DNA of 64,000 nt, from positions 124,057,071-124,121,070 of the forward strand of contig NC_068984.1 of assembly GCF_001194135.2 (NCBI RefSeq). The letters are read 5' to 3'. This DNA is from Octopus bimaculoides. Lineage: Eukaryota. A model generated the notes under the pieces. The model saw only the letters and a program-made list of their open reading frames with translations. It ran no database searches and had not been told where the DNA came from. A program made the translations under genes and the position numbers. Position 1 is the first letter of the stretch. Every line of letters starts with the position of its first letter. Positions 39,957-52,643 of the stretch are shown piece by piece.

Positions 39957-40129
39957 GAGTTAAATTGAACGAGTTGGTAAGATAGAAAGGAACATGCTGT
40001 ACAGTTATCATGTCATGTCTTGTTACAAGCAACGCATAATTGTCAGTGTTGTTTTAAGGCTTGAGACAAGACATATGATAACTGTACAGCTTGTTCTTTT
40101 CTATCTTACCAACTCGATCAATTTGACTC
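39957..40129. repeat. Long inverted repeat (67/64-bp arms, 42-nt spacer)
   Basis: 39957-40023 vs reverse complement of 40066-40129: 4 mismatches plus a 3-nt bulge. Confidence 0.93.
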
Positions 40130-40435
40130 GATCAGGCTTGGGTATACTAGGCAGTTGCCTGGGGGCCCTCGTAGGTTTAGTGCACCATTTCTGATCTACG
40201 TATGATGTGGCTTGCTGTCAGTTAATAAATATAAGACCTCGTGCACGGATTTGCCCCAAGTACCTATAATGATGCTGAGATGGTTCCGATCATAGTAGGT
40301 GTGGTAGAGCGGTAAACCTTAAATTAATCGAGAGAAAAGAACGTCATTTTAAGAATAGTATTCCTTTATTACATGTTATATATGTTTCAATATTCAGAAA
40401 CGCTGTCGGAAGCCGAATACGCCCAATTATACTTA

Positions 40436-40504
<69 letters not shown>

Positions 40505-41676
40505 NNNNNNNNNNNNNNNNNNNNNNNNNNNNNNNNNNNNNNNNNNNNNNNNNNNNNNNNNNNNNNNNNNNNNNNNNNNNNNNNNNNNNNNNNNNNNNNN
40601 NNNNNNNNNNNNNNNNNNNNNNNNNNNNNNNNNNNNNNNNNNNNNNNNNNNNNNNNNNNNNNNNNNNNNNNNNNNNNNNNNNNNNNNNNNNNNNNNNNNN
40701 NNNNNNNNNNNNNNNNNNNNNNNNNNNNNNNNNNNNNNNNNNNNNNNNNNNNNNNNNNNNNNNNNNNNNNNNNNNNNNNNNNNNNNNNNNNNNNNNNNNN
40801 NNNNNNNNNNNNNNNNNNNNNNNNNNNNNNNNNNNNNNNNNNNNNNNNNNNNNNNNNNNNNNNNNNNNNNNNNNNNNNNNNNNNNNNNNNNNNNNNNNNN
40901 NNNNNNNNNNNNNNNNNNNNNNNNNNNNNNNNNNNNNNNNNNNNNNNNNNNNNNNNNNNNNNNNNNNNNNNNNNNNNNNNNNNNNNNNNNNNNNNNNNNN
41001 NNNNNNNNNNNNNNNNNNNNNNNNNNNNNNNNNNNNNNNNNNNNNNNNNNNNNNNNNNNNNNNNNNNNNNNNNNNNNNNNNNNNNNNNNNNNNNNNNNNN
41101 NNNNNNNNNNNNNNNNNNNNNNNNNNNNNNNNNNNNNNNNNNNNNNNNNNNNNNNNNNNNNNNNNNNNNNNNNNNNNNNNNNNNNNNNNNNNNNNNNNNN
41201 NNNNNNNNNNNNNNNNNNNNNNNNNNNNNNNNNNNNNNNNNNNNNNNNNNNNNNNNNNNNNNNNNNNNNNNNNNNNNNNNNNNNNNNNNNNTGTGTGTGT
41301 GTGTGTGTGTGTGTGTATCCGTAATGGTTAGATACACGGAATAATCCATGCAAATTGTAAATCCGACATTATTCCCCCCTGAATCGGTTGGTGCATTAAT
41401 TACTGAGTTGCTTTTAAGCAATCGGACAAAAAGTGAAGATAATGTTGTTACATAAGTTTATCCAAGGTTGCGATCAATTCACATGGCTAGAGGGACAATT
41501 CCATCGCTATATATTGGTTTGTATGCATAATTAATCAATTTATTATTCAATTGCATATAAACCAATGTAAAGTGAGGAAACAGCTCCTCTAACCATTTGA
41601 AACAATCATTGCTTTAAATAAAGTTCTCAAACATTATTTTACACATCTAACCATCCTCGAACACACACACCCTCCA

Positions 41677-41711
<35 letters not shown>

Positions 41712-41789
41712 ATATATTTCTGTTGATTCATTGGAAGATCTTTATCCCTGAAGTTGTTGCGTACTCCGGAGAGAAACTAGTTTCTAGTA

Positions 41790-41920
41790 GTCTGAACGTT
41801 TATCTTGGAAATTCGTTGAGCACTCTGCCAGTCCATATTGTTTTGGAAAGCCTTAGAGTTCACTAATTGATACACAAGGAGTGGTTTCAGTGTCAAGTCT
41901 CTTGAGACACTGCACACAGA
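41790..41920 (-). mobile_element. pogo/Tigger DDE_1 transposase fragment
   Basis: SRDLTLKPLLVYQLVNSKAFQN resembles SGD.KLKPLLVY.S.NPRA.KN. Confidence 0.6.
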
Positions 41921-42125
41921 AATTAAAGAACTTGTCCCGTTCATTATTTTACCGATCTCACATGGATGAAAAATACAGGTCACTTCGGTGGGATTTGAAT
42001 ACAGTGTTTAAAGGTCTGTAACTAAATACCACCAAGTTATTTTCTCTAATACTATAATGATTGTGATAATTCACCGCCCTAACTATGATTATGCTGATGA
42101 TGAGGATAGCAATAATAATAATAAC

Positions 42126-42176
<51 letters not shown>

Positions 42177-42905
42177 CCAGTATAATAACGATATTTCCAA
42201 CTTTAAAATAATAAAATAAGAGAATGCGAAAGAAGAGGACAGGCGAAGAAAAAAACAGAGAAGAATGAGAAGAAAGAAAAGGAGGAATATTAAAATTATG
42301 GACAAAAAATAAAAAAAAGAAACCCTTTTAAACAAGAAAATTTTGAAGCAAACACAAGTCCATTGTTATACTTGGGGCCAATGAATACAAAACATATTTC
42401 GATGACGACGTTAAAACAAAAGAAGAGCTTTTCATTAGTTCTTCGTCAACTGTCCCCAAAATGTCCTTTAGAGCATCGTAAAGTTAGGATGTACAAACGA
42501 GTTTTGGTCACGATTTTCAGATATTGTGCATATATACATTGACACTAACTGCTGACATTCATACACACTCTCTCAGTCAACTGCTCTCTCGCCCACTCTC
42601 TCTCTTAATTCTTGTTCCTTTCTCTTAATGCAAAATTTCATATATATACATGTGTGTGTGTGCGTGCGCGCGCGTGTGTGTGTTTGTGTGTGTGCATGTG
42701 TGTGTGTATGCAGACACATACATGCAAACACACATACATGCAAACACACATACATGCAAACACACATACATGCAAACACACATATATGGTGTTCAGTTGA
42801 ATTGCTAAGATATTCACTTTCATTTATGAACTGAAGTTTCCACAGAGTTAACCCTTAAATTTGAGGTTCATATTTGTATTGGCAGAAATTGTGGCAGAAA
42901 TTAAA

Positions 42906-43140
42906 GGTGACGAGCTGGCAGAAACGTTAGCACGCCGAACGAAATGCTTAGCGGTATTTCGTCTGCCGTTACGTTCTGAGCTCAAATTTCGCCGATGTCG
43001 ACTTTGCCTTTCATCCTTTCGGGGTCGATAAATTAAGTACCAGTTACGCACTGGGGTCGATGTAATCGACTTAATCTCTTTGTCTGTCCTTGGTTGTACC
43101 CTCTATGTTTAGCCCCCTGTGGGCAATAAAGAAATAAGAA
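42906..43140 (+). mobile_element. Full-length tRNA-derived SINE
   Basis: A/B boxes, conserved core, tail CAATAAAGAAATAAGAA. Confidence 0.93.
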
Positions 43141-43499
43141 ATTGTAGTTGTCAAGCAGTTTAGTATGGCAGCTCATGAAATGAACTAATAAAAGTTTTGA
43201 TATTTACAAAAGCTTTACCTGAATATTATGACATTGAATATGTTAAACTCAAAGAGAATAGATAACTGTTTTACTGTGTTTTTTAGGAAGATTTTCAGAA
43301 GTGTTTCTCAACGAATTTCACTTCGAGCTCATTCCAAGCAAAATTACCTGAAAATTATTTGAAATAGATTGAGAGAGAATGGGTTGAGAGAGAAAATATT
43401 CAGGCCTTATTTGTGGATATAGACATCAAGATGAGAAGAAATTGTAATTGCTAGTCATGAATTTGAAATAATAACCGAAAGAGTATGATCAAGAACACA

Positions 43500-43830
43500 A
43501 GCGGCCGAAAAGCGCAAAGCTCGGGTATCAGGGAGTCTCCTCAGGTCGAACCACTACTTCTTCGTACTGAGAGGTCGCAGCTCTGACACTACGGACATGT
43601 GATTGGAATGTTACAGAATAGAAATGCAACATTGATTCTTCAAGCCGAGCTACCTGATAAGAGAGCTAGGTGGTGGGGGTGGGGTACCAAGAAAGTGATG
43701 GTTGGATAATATCCATAGTCTCAGTTTGGCAGACATGGGAATCCAGCAAGAAAATCTAATGAAGAATGCTTCTGATAGGACCCTATGGAAGGGGTGTCTG
43801 AGTATTTTATTCTCACGATCCTCTCTGAAA
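43500..43830 (+). mobile_element. LINE (RTE-like) 3' end fossil
   Basis: VEPLLLRTERSQL.HYGHVIGM..R resembles the RT C-terminal 'QLRW.GHV.RM' motif. Confidence 0.65.
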
Positions 43831-44117
43831 TAATTAGCGGAGAAGATGGATGGATGGATGGAATGCTACTGTGTCGTCTGTTATATTTCCATACATTTCA
43901 GAGATTAGTTCCCACAATGCCCCAATTAAGTGGGGTCCACGATGTTGTTAGATTTTTATCCTGATCTATATTTCTCCGCTACTCTAACTATAGTTTCTTC
44001 TGCACATATTGAATTGGTAATTTTCCGGCTGGCTATAAACGGCATCAATGTCACCACAGAAGAACCTGCGTAAACTTTGGGCACGTTCATTAATTTGCGA
44101 ACTAGGTGATAGAAACC

Positions 44118-44355
44118 AAGGCGGCGAGCTGGCAGAAACGTTAGCACACCGGGCGAAATGCTTAGCGGTATTTCATCTGCCGCTACGTTCTGAGTTCAAA
44201 TTCCGCCGAGGTCGACTTTGCCTTTCATTCTTTCGGGGTCGATAAATTAAGTACCAGTTACGTACTGGGGTCGATGTAATCGACTTAATCCGTTTGTCTG
44301 TCCTTGTTTGTCCCCTCTATGTCTAGCCCCTAGTGGGCAATAAAGAAATAAGAAA
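44118..44355 (+). mobile_element. Full-length, young-looking tRNA-derived SINE
   Basis: Very similar to the 42906 copy; intact A/B boxes. Confidence 0.95.
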
Positions 44356-44728
44356 CTAATGTTGTAGAGGCAATACGGCTACAAATTCCGATTGGCTGTT
44401 GCTTGAGTACAAATTGTGAGGAGCGTTTTCTACAACAAATTCTCCCATATGATGTGAATTGCAAATGGCAAACTGCCAATGAGACGTTGTCAACAAAAAA
44501 TGGCTCTTAATCTTCTCAAATGATCTTTCTATTTTAATGACACTGAAAATATTTTTTACATATTCTATCTAATATATTTCAATTATAAATGTATAAGTTT
44601 AGTATCCTGTATAATCTATCTATCCATCAATCTATCTATCTGCCTATCTATCTGTGTGTGTGTGTGTGTGTGTGTCTGTCTGTCTGTCTGTCTTCCTCTC
44701 TGTACATGTATATATATATATATGTGTG

Positions 44729-44777
<49 letters not shown>

Positions 44778-44973
44778 TATATGTGTGTGGAGAGGGCTGT
44801 GTGTGTGTGTGTGTATTTGCTGACAAGAGGTCAGAGTTAATGGCTCCATTAACGATTGCTATATATACATCCTAACCCTTACGCCACGTGACTTTGCATA
44901 GCTTGACATAAAAACCATTATTATGTGTAGGTATTTATAGACATGCATACATGCACAGAGGGGGGAAAGAGAG

Positions 44974-45051
<78 letters not shown>

Positions 45052-45984
45052 AGAGAGAGAATGAGAGAGAGAGAAAGAGAGAGAGAGAGAGAAAGAAAGA
45101 GAAAGATTGAGAGAGTGAGAGAGTGTTTGGGTATCTAAACTGATAAACAATGACAACAGTAATATCATGATGTCAGTCAGTTACTAAATCATACTCCATT
45201 CTTATTCAAGGAAGGACACATTAGCTAATGTATTTCTTCATGGTATTAAATTATGATACATATTTAGTAATACTTTAACGAAAGTGTACTTCCTTGATTA
45301 AGACAGAGGAGTATGGTCACATCTGGAATGTTTTTGATCGTAGGTTTTTCTGGTCTGGTTTGTCCTGTGGGTAAACGACAGCATTAATGTACAGGAGAAA
45401 CTTTTACTTTCATTTGCCTTTAGTTATTTCCCGATATAATTACTTGTTGAGAGAGGAGCGGACAAAATTCTAAGGAGAGAAACGAAATTGTGTGAGAATC
45501 ATGCCTTTCTCATGGACATAAATAGAAAACTAAAACTACGTGGATGCAAAAAGAGACAGAAGTAAAGAGAAAACGCACCTTCAAAACATTGGACTTGGTA
45601 GAAAGGAAAATTTGACGTCAAAGACGAAAAATGGCTGCAATTTGGAATTGAAAGTAAATGGCAAAAATAGAATTTAATGGGCATTGTTACTCACCTGCTG
45701 TTGATTTATATATTTATGCTTCGTTTTGGAAATAAGTTTAATATAAACACGATACATTTTTTTAATGCGCGATGCTATTTCATTATTTATATATTTTCGT
45801 ATTTGTTTCTTTAAATTAGCAAAGCGTATCTTCGTATCACTTAACAAAGACATCGATAATTTGTTTGTTCAGAGCAATATTGCCCTTTGAGTGATATTTT
45901 CAATAATGCTCGTTTCTTTATTTGAATCAATAAATAAAATAGAAGGAAAAAAAAAACAAATATGAATCAACAAATGCATAAAGA

Positions 45985-46170
45985 CAGGAACAATTTTCAA
46001 ACATTCCGAGACCGGATACAAATACGTTAAATTAATCTGCTTATAGCTGTGTCAACAGAACGGGATTCTGGGAGTATTTGTGTTCCGAAAATGAAATGGT
46101 GCCGTCACGTGACAAGTAAGTGCAGTAGCTTAACAAGTTATCTTTGTCCAAACACGTGACGTGAGACAAA
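45985..46170 (-). promoter_or_regulatory. Promoter-like block: two CACGTG E-boxes plus TATA-like TATAAG
   Basis: GTCACGTGAC at 46104-46113, CACGTG at 46153-46158, CTTATAG (reverse complement of CTATAAG) at ~46040-46046; conserved in the paralogous copy. Confidence 0.5.
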
Positions 46171-46233
46171 ATGGTTGGATAAACTGACTGTAATATATTC
46201 ATAGACAAATTTTTAATGCTGTGTAACTAATCA

Positions 46234-46296
<63 letters not shown>

Positions 46297-46332
46297 ATTG
46301 ATAGATAGACAGATAGATAGATAGATAGATAC

Positions 46333-46391
<59 letters not shown>

Positions 46392-46952
46392 TACACACAC
46401 AAACATAGCAATATATGTTCTTTTATAAAAGCACATTTATATGCCTAAATTCTTATTTGTACATTTTATAGTTACACAAGCACTAGTGCACTTATAAATA
46501 TATTATTGTATTGACTTAATTATTTGTACATTAAAATATATGAGCTTTTGTGCTTCAGTATCGCTACGTTTTTTATGCTTACACACACACACACACACAT
46601 ATATGTGTGTGTGTACGTTTACGCGTGCACTAATTAACACATATTGATATACGTACACTTATATATGCACATATTTGGTCTACATTTATTATGGGTTATC
46701 ATACCATATGTCTGTGTACTTATATATGTAGATTTTCATATTTTTTTGACGATTCGTGCGTACATTAAAATGTATAGATTTACATTTGCACACTTTTATA
46801 CTTTGTTCCAGAACTATCCAGGGAAATATTATCACCGGTATCTAAGTTTATAACCCTTTGATATGTAACTAGTTTCACATGTGCTAACGCACGAAACTCT
46901 CAGTACTTGAGTCCCTTTGTTTCTGATATATATTAATAAAATATATATATAC

Positions 46953-47110
46953 AGGCGCAGGCGTGGCTGCGTGGTAAGAAGCTTGCTTTCCATCCACATG
47001 ATTCCGGGTTCAGTCTCATTGCGTGGCACCTTGGGTAAGTGTTTTCTACTATAGCCGCGGGCCGACCAATGCCTTATGAATGGATTTGGTAGGCGCAAAC
47101 AGGAAGGACC

Positions 47111-47188
<78 letters not shown>

Positions 47189-47585
47189 CCACTTTTACCC
47201 GCTCCCATTGATTGCACCTAGTATAGCACTAGTGTAGCAATAATTGGGTCCCCTCCCAGCAGTATACTGGATAGATACTATCCCTTAGTGGGTTGAACCC
47301 CCAACCCCTAACTCTCTCACGTTATATATATATATATATATATGTATATTTATAAGTATATATCTATGTGTGTGGGTCTGTGTGTCTGCATTTGTCCTTC
47401 CCCCGTCACCGCTTGACAACAGCTGTTTCTGTGCTTACATCCCAATAACTTAGCCGTTCCGCAAAATAGTCCGATAAAATAAGTACTATGCTTAAGAAAT
47501 AAGTCCTGGGGTAGAACTCTTCAAGGCGGTGATCCAGCATGGCCGGAGCCAAATGACTGAAACGAATAAAAGAATAAAAGAATAC
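46953..47585 (+). mobile_element. SINE (5' part 46953-47112, 3' part 47370-47585) split by microsatellite and an insert
   Basis: Head GGCGTGGCTGCGTGGTAAGAAGCTTGCTT; tail CCAGCATGGCC..GACTGAAAC. Confidence 0.85.
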
Positions 47586-48097
47586 GCGTGTTTTGAGTTC
47601 CATTTTTCCTGTTTGCAGCGCTGAACCTATCGGCACAATTAAATATTCATTTTTAATTTATAGAAAGCTGAAATTCAATAAACCGACAATATATAACAAA
47701 ACTGTGAATATTTCCCATAATTAGTCGAAAATGGGAAACGGGAAGCTCTGAGAAATGATTTATTAAATTTCAGTTTAAATTAAAATACATAAATCTGATG
47801 GGTTACTCTATACTTTTGTAGAGTACAAACTTATAATTATCAGTAACTTCGAAGTTTCGACCAGCTAAGCTATGTTATTAGTTAGTCTTCCATAAGTCAG
47901 AAACAAAAGTTCACTCAATGTAAGTAATAGAAATGATATATTGGTATATCGTCAAACGTTGTTAGAATGTGACTCAGTTTCGCGTCGACAATCTGACTGG
48001 TAAGGTAGTGAAACCAGTAATATAGTACTTGATGATATAAAAGTATCAATATGTACATATTTACATATATGCATACATTTACATATGCGTATATGAA

Positions 48098-48169
<72 letters not shown>

Positions 48170-49566
48170 CACTTGTCTGTCTATCTAACTATGAATATGA
48201 CAAAACAGGAAAGTGGAAATCTTTTGGTATTATTTATTCTCCATCACACGTCTTTCATTTGCTAATAAGAATCACAGAGATTTACATGTTAGATAGACAT
48301 GTCAGGAATTTTCTATTAGAGATTATTCAGATACAGAAAAATTATATGTACAATAACATTTGGATAAAGCGTTTATATCTAGATATTAAACAGGAGAAGC
48401 ACAATATATGCACGCACACACACACACACACATATATNNNNNNNNNNNNNNNNNNNNNNNNNNNNNNNNNNNNNNNNNNNNNNNNNNNNNNNNNNNNNNN
48501 NNNNNNNNNNNNNNNNNNNNNNNNNNNNNNNNNNNNNNNNNNNNNNNNNNNNNNNNNNNNNNNNNNNNNNNNNNNNNNNNNNNNNNNNNNNNNNNNNNNN
48601 NNNNNNNNNNNNNNNNNNNNNNNNNNNNNNNNNNNNNNNNNNNNNNNNNNNNNNNNNNNNNNNNNNNNNNNNNNNNNNNNNNNNNNNNNNNNNNNNNNNN
48701 NNNNNNNNNNNNNNNNNNNNNNNNNNNNNNNNNNNNNNNNNNNNNNNNNNNNNNNNNNNNNNNNNNNNNNNNNNNNNNNNNNNNNNNNNNNNNNNNNNNN
48801 NNNNNNNNNNNNNNNNNNNNNNNNNNNNNNNNNNNNNNNNNNNNNNNNNNNNNNNNNNNNNNNNNNNNNNNNNNNNNNNNNNNNNNNNNNNNNNNNNNNN
48901 NNNNNNNNNNNNNNNNNNNNNNNNNNNNNNNNNNNNNNNTATATATATATATATATACACTTATACAAACTTGCAAGCACAAATTCACGCACACATAGGC
49001 AAACACACACACACACACACACACACGCGCGCGCGCATGCAAATATACACTTATAGATCCATACACACATACACATAAGTTTTAAGTACGCAACATTAAT
49101 AAAATTGAACTTGTATAAATATAGAACAATCATTCTAGTCTGCATTTTTGTTTCATGTCACGTGTTTGGACAAAAAAAAAAGCTTCTGCAGTTCAATCAT
49201 TGCGTTTACTTGTCACGTGACAGCACCATTCCATTTTGGAAGACAAACACACCCAGAATCCGGTTCTGTTGACACAGCTATAAGCAGATTAGATTGACGT
49301 ACTTGTATCCGGTTTCGGAATATTTGAAAATTGCCTCGGCATTTATATATTTATTCATTTACTTTTTTTGTTTTTCTATTTTATTCATTCATTTTCTCCA
49401 TTTATTTATTCATAATAACGAAACGAATGTTATTGGGAATAATGCTCAGTGAACAAAAATCACTTTGCCTAAGCAAATTATTGATGAATTTGTGAAGCAA
49501 TACGAGGCAAAATTTTGTAAATTGAAAGAAGTAAAAATTAGAATTATAAAAATGAAAGATAATTAA

Positions 49567-49826
49567 CTTCACAGTTCTATATTTAAGAGATGAGGAATTA
49601 TTTACATTATTTACATTATTTACATTTGTCGGATATTTGTCCTCATCTTGTTTGTTGTTAACACAACGTTTCGGCTGATATACCCTCCAGCCTTCGTCAG
49701 GTGTCTTGGGGAAATTTCGAACCTGGGTTCTCATTCCTAACGATGTTACTATTATTATATTATTATTACTATTATTAATCAGGTCGCTGCCGTGAATCGA
49801 ACTCGGAACCTTGGGGTTAGTAGCCC
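49567..49826 (-). mobile_element. Short non-autonomous element: tRNA-like head, (AAT)n linker and Penelope-type hammerhead tail
   Basis: Minus-strand B box GAGTTCGATTC (49794-49804); tail shared with 63480-63645; an A-box-bearing head continues on the + strand at 49829-49847 into the gap. Confidence 0.8.
49660..49705 (-). ncRNA. Minimal type I hammerhead ribozyme
   Basis: GACAC-CUGACGA-A-GGCUG(GAGGGUAUAU)CAGCC-GAAA-CGUU|GUGUU: intact core, 5-bp stems I and II, palindromic AACGUU stem III, GUU cleavage triplet. Confidence 0.82.
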
Positions 49827-50254
49827 ACGGGCATATGGCGTAGTGGTNNNNNNNNNNNNNNNNNNNNNNNNNNNNNNNNNNNNNNNNNNNNNNNNNNNNN
49901 NNNNNNNNNNNNNNNNNNNNNNNNNNNNNNNNNNNNNNNNNNNNNNNNNNNNNNNNNNNNNNNNNNNNNNNNNNNNNNNNNNNNNNNNNNNNNNNNNNNN
50001 NNNNNNNNNNNNNNNNNNNNNNNNNNNNNNNNNNNNNNNNNNNNNNNNNNNNNNNNNNNNNNNNNNNNNNNNNNNNNNNNNNNNNNNNNNNNNNNNNNNN
50101 NNNNNNNNNNNNNNNNNNNNNNNNNNNNNNNNNNNNNNNNNNNNNNNNNNNNNNNNNNNNNNNNNNNNNNNNNNNNNNNNNNNNNNNNNNNNNNNNNNNN
50201 NNNNNNNNNNNNNNNNNNNNNNNNNNNNNNNNNNNNNNNNNNNNNNNNNNNNNN

Positions 50255-50589
50255 TCAACGGAACAGCCTGCTCGTGAAATTAACGTGCAAGTGGCTGAGC
50301 ACTCCACAGACACGTGTACCATTAACGTAGTTCTCGGGGATATTCAGCGTGACACAGTGTGACAAGGCTGGCCCTTTGAATTACAGGCACAACAGAAACA
50401 GGAAGTAAGAGCGAGAGAAAGTTGTGGTGAAAGAGTACAGCAGGGTTCGCCACCATCCCCTGCCGGAGCCCCGTGGAGCTTTAGGTGTTTTCGCTCAATA
50501 AACACTCACAATGCCCGGTCTGGGAATCGAAACCGCGATCCTATGACCGCGAGTCCGCTGCCCTAACCACTGGGCCATTGCGCCTCTAC
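50255..50589 (-). mobile_element. Near full-length tRNA-derived SINE
   Basis: Intact A/B-box head on the minus strand; same family as 37630 and 29712. Confidence 0.95.
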
Positions 50590-50935
50590 CGTTGGTGTCT
50601 ACGTTCATCCTTTCCTTCTCACACAAAACAATAAACAAGTAAATACATAAAACAACATAATTAACAATACGTATAACAAAATAAAAAAAATAACAATATA
50701 TAAAATAAGTAACACTATCTGGTGACAAAGTTACGAGACTTTTGGTAGGAAGTCTTCAGGTGTCCGAGAAATATCCAGCTCTTTTTTCTCGCTTAAGCCC
50801 CACGGAAAATCACGAACATCACACCATTTCGTTTCCCTCTCGACAGCTTTATAGTCCTGCTCTTGAATAACAAAAAAAAAAAAATGAAGTCAAAAGATAT
50901 CTAAAATTATTATTGTCTCTAAAAGNNNNNNNNNN

Positions 50936-50984
<49 letters not shown>

Positions 50985-51519
50985 ATACACACACACACAT
51001 ATCTGTTTTGTCCGAATCTAAGGAAAAAGTTAATCGTCACTACATGTGACTGGGGCGGGAGTCGATGCACCTACATGGCTAGAAATAAGCGTCAAAACCT
51101 CTTAATGCTGTAAGAAGAGCGCAATATATATACAGTGACAGAGGAGGTAGCCACGTCATGACCGTCTCTAAAATCACTAGACTAGATTAGTTTCACCTAT
51201 ACATCATCAGTAGTGAGTACGCAAACGGTCGATGCTTTGGCTAACTCCGTCTACCAGTATATATATTTTTTTATATAAAAATTAATGGCTTATATATATA
51301 TGCATACTTACATACATGAAAGTATGTATATATGCATGTACTTACGTATGGTTGCATTCTTTGCATACTTATTGAGATTTCGAATGTGTCAGAATAGGTA
51401 GAATATTAGTCTAGAGTTGATACAATAGCTAGGTGAAGTACTGGGTGCTCGTCTGTAAGTAGTACCACGGTATATTCACCGTTTTTAGAACTGACACGAA
51501 CATAATTTTGTCCGTCTTT

Positions 51520-51860
51520 TCGTTCAGAGTACAAAATCCGCCCAGGTCGACTTTACCTTTTATCCTTCCGAACTCGATAAAATGAATACCAATTGAGTAC
51601 TGGGGTCGATGTGATCGACTTAGCCCCTCTCCGAAATTGCTGGCATTGAGCCAAAATTTTTGAGCAATATTTGGCTCAAAGCTACAAATTTTGACGGATG
51701 GACCCAAGTATTTAACTGATATTTCCTTTTATCGACACCGGAAGGACTAACAGGTAAAGTTGATCTCAACGTGACTTGAACTCACAGCGTAAGGCGCCAG
51801 AAGAAAAATTCCGGTAGGCATTTTGCCCGACCTGCTAATGATTCTGCTAGCATGCCATCT
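51520..51860. mobile_element. Two degraded SINE copies in opposite orientation
   Basis: GGTCGACTTT..ACTGGGGTCGATG core on + (51520-51660); reverse complement at ~51700-51860. Confidence 0.65.
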
Positions 51861-52571
51861 TAGGTTATAAAATAATTAAAAAAATATAATACTGGATCTA
51901 GAATTTTTGATTAATAAAGAGACAAACAGAAAAAAATAAGCTCTTTATAGTAACATGAATATAATTAAAATACAATTCCAGTTTTGATAGTTAAACTGGG
52001 ATTCAACACTAAAAATATGTTTACATTGAAAGAAAAGAAAAACCTGCAGATTTAAACAAGGATGAAAATATGTGAGAATTAGTTTCCTTATATTTATTTT
52101 CTTTTATTTTTTGTATTATTTTATTTGTAACAGCACGTTTCGCTTTGTTTAACTGCAAATATCGTAATATTTCTTTAGAGTTTAAGGTGGCTCATAAAAG
52201 TATTCAGACAGAACATTAAGAATCATTCTCAGTGTTACTAAAGTAGCAAAATGACTTGAGAAGATTAGGAACTAGACAAACATACAGTGGTTGACATCCT
52301 GACATCGGCAATTTGCCATGAACATAATTACATCACAGGAGATTGTTTACAGTAACAAATGTACTTCCCAAATTGCACTTCAGCTTAGAGGCAATCCGAA
52401 CTTTTAGCAATACTGTCATTGCAGTATTTGTTTTTATGAGCCAGCCATGAAAGAAGAAAGCATTAACGTTTGCCGAACCTACGCCCCCTTATGAGAATGA
52501 TGTTGTCGATACTCAATATGAACGTCTACTAGGGAAAAGTATAGATAGGTTAGCGAAAAAGCGTCAGCCTA

Positions 52572-52643
52572 GTTCGAATTCAAAATGAATTCCTGGTTCG
52601 AATACAAAATGAATTCCTGGTTCGAATACAAAATGAATTCCAC
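52572..52643 (+). repeat. 24-bp tandem repeat x3
   Basis: GTTCGAAT(T/A)CAAAATGAATTCCTG. Confidence 0.95.

Larger units (their letters stand above)
42330..46170 (-). pseudogene. Left arm of an inverted duplication: decayed unidentified ORF with promoter-like block
   Basis: Six colinear homology blocks with 49150-54340 in inverted orientation; stops and frameshifts; later SINE/LINE insertions. Confidence 0.65.

Noticed and set aside
51170-51215. Other CTGANGA motifs (e.g. 51204 on minus; 3421, 7666, 22722, 38635, 57905 on plus) as hammerheads
   Set aside because: No paired stem II followed by GAAA.
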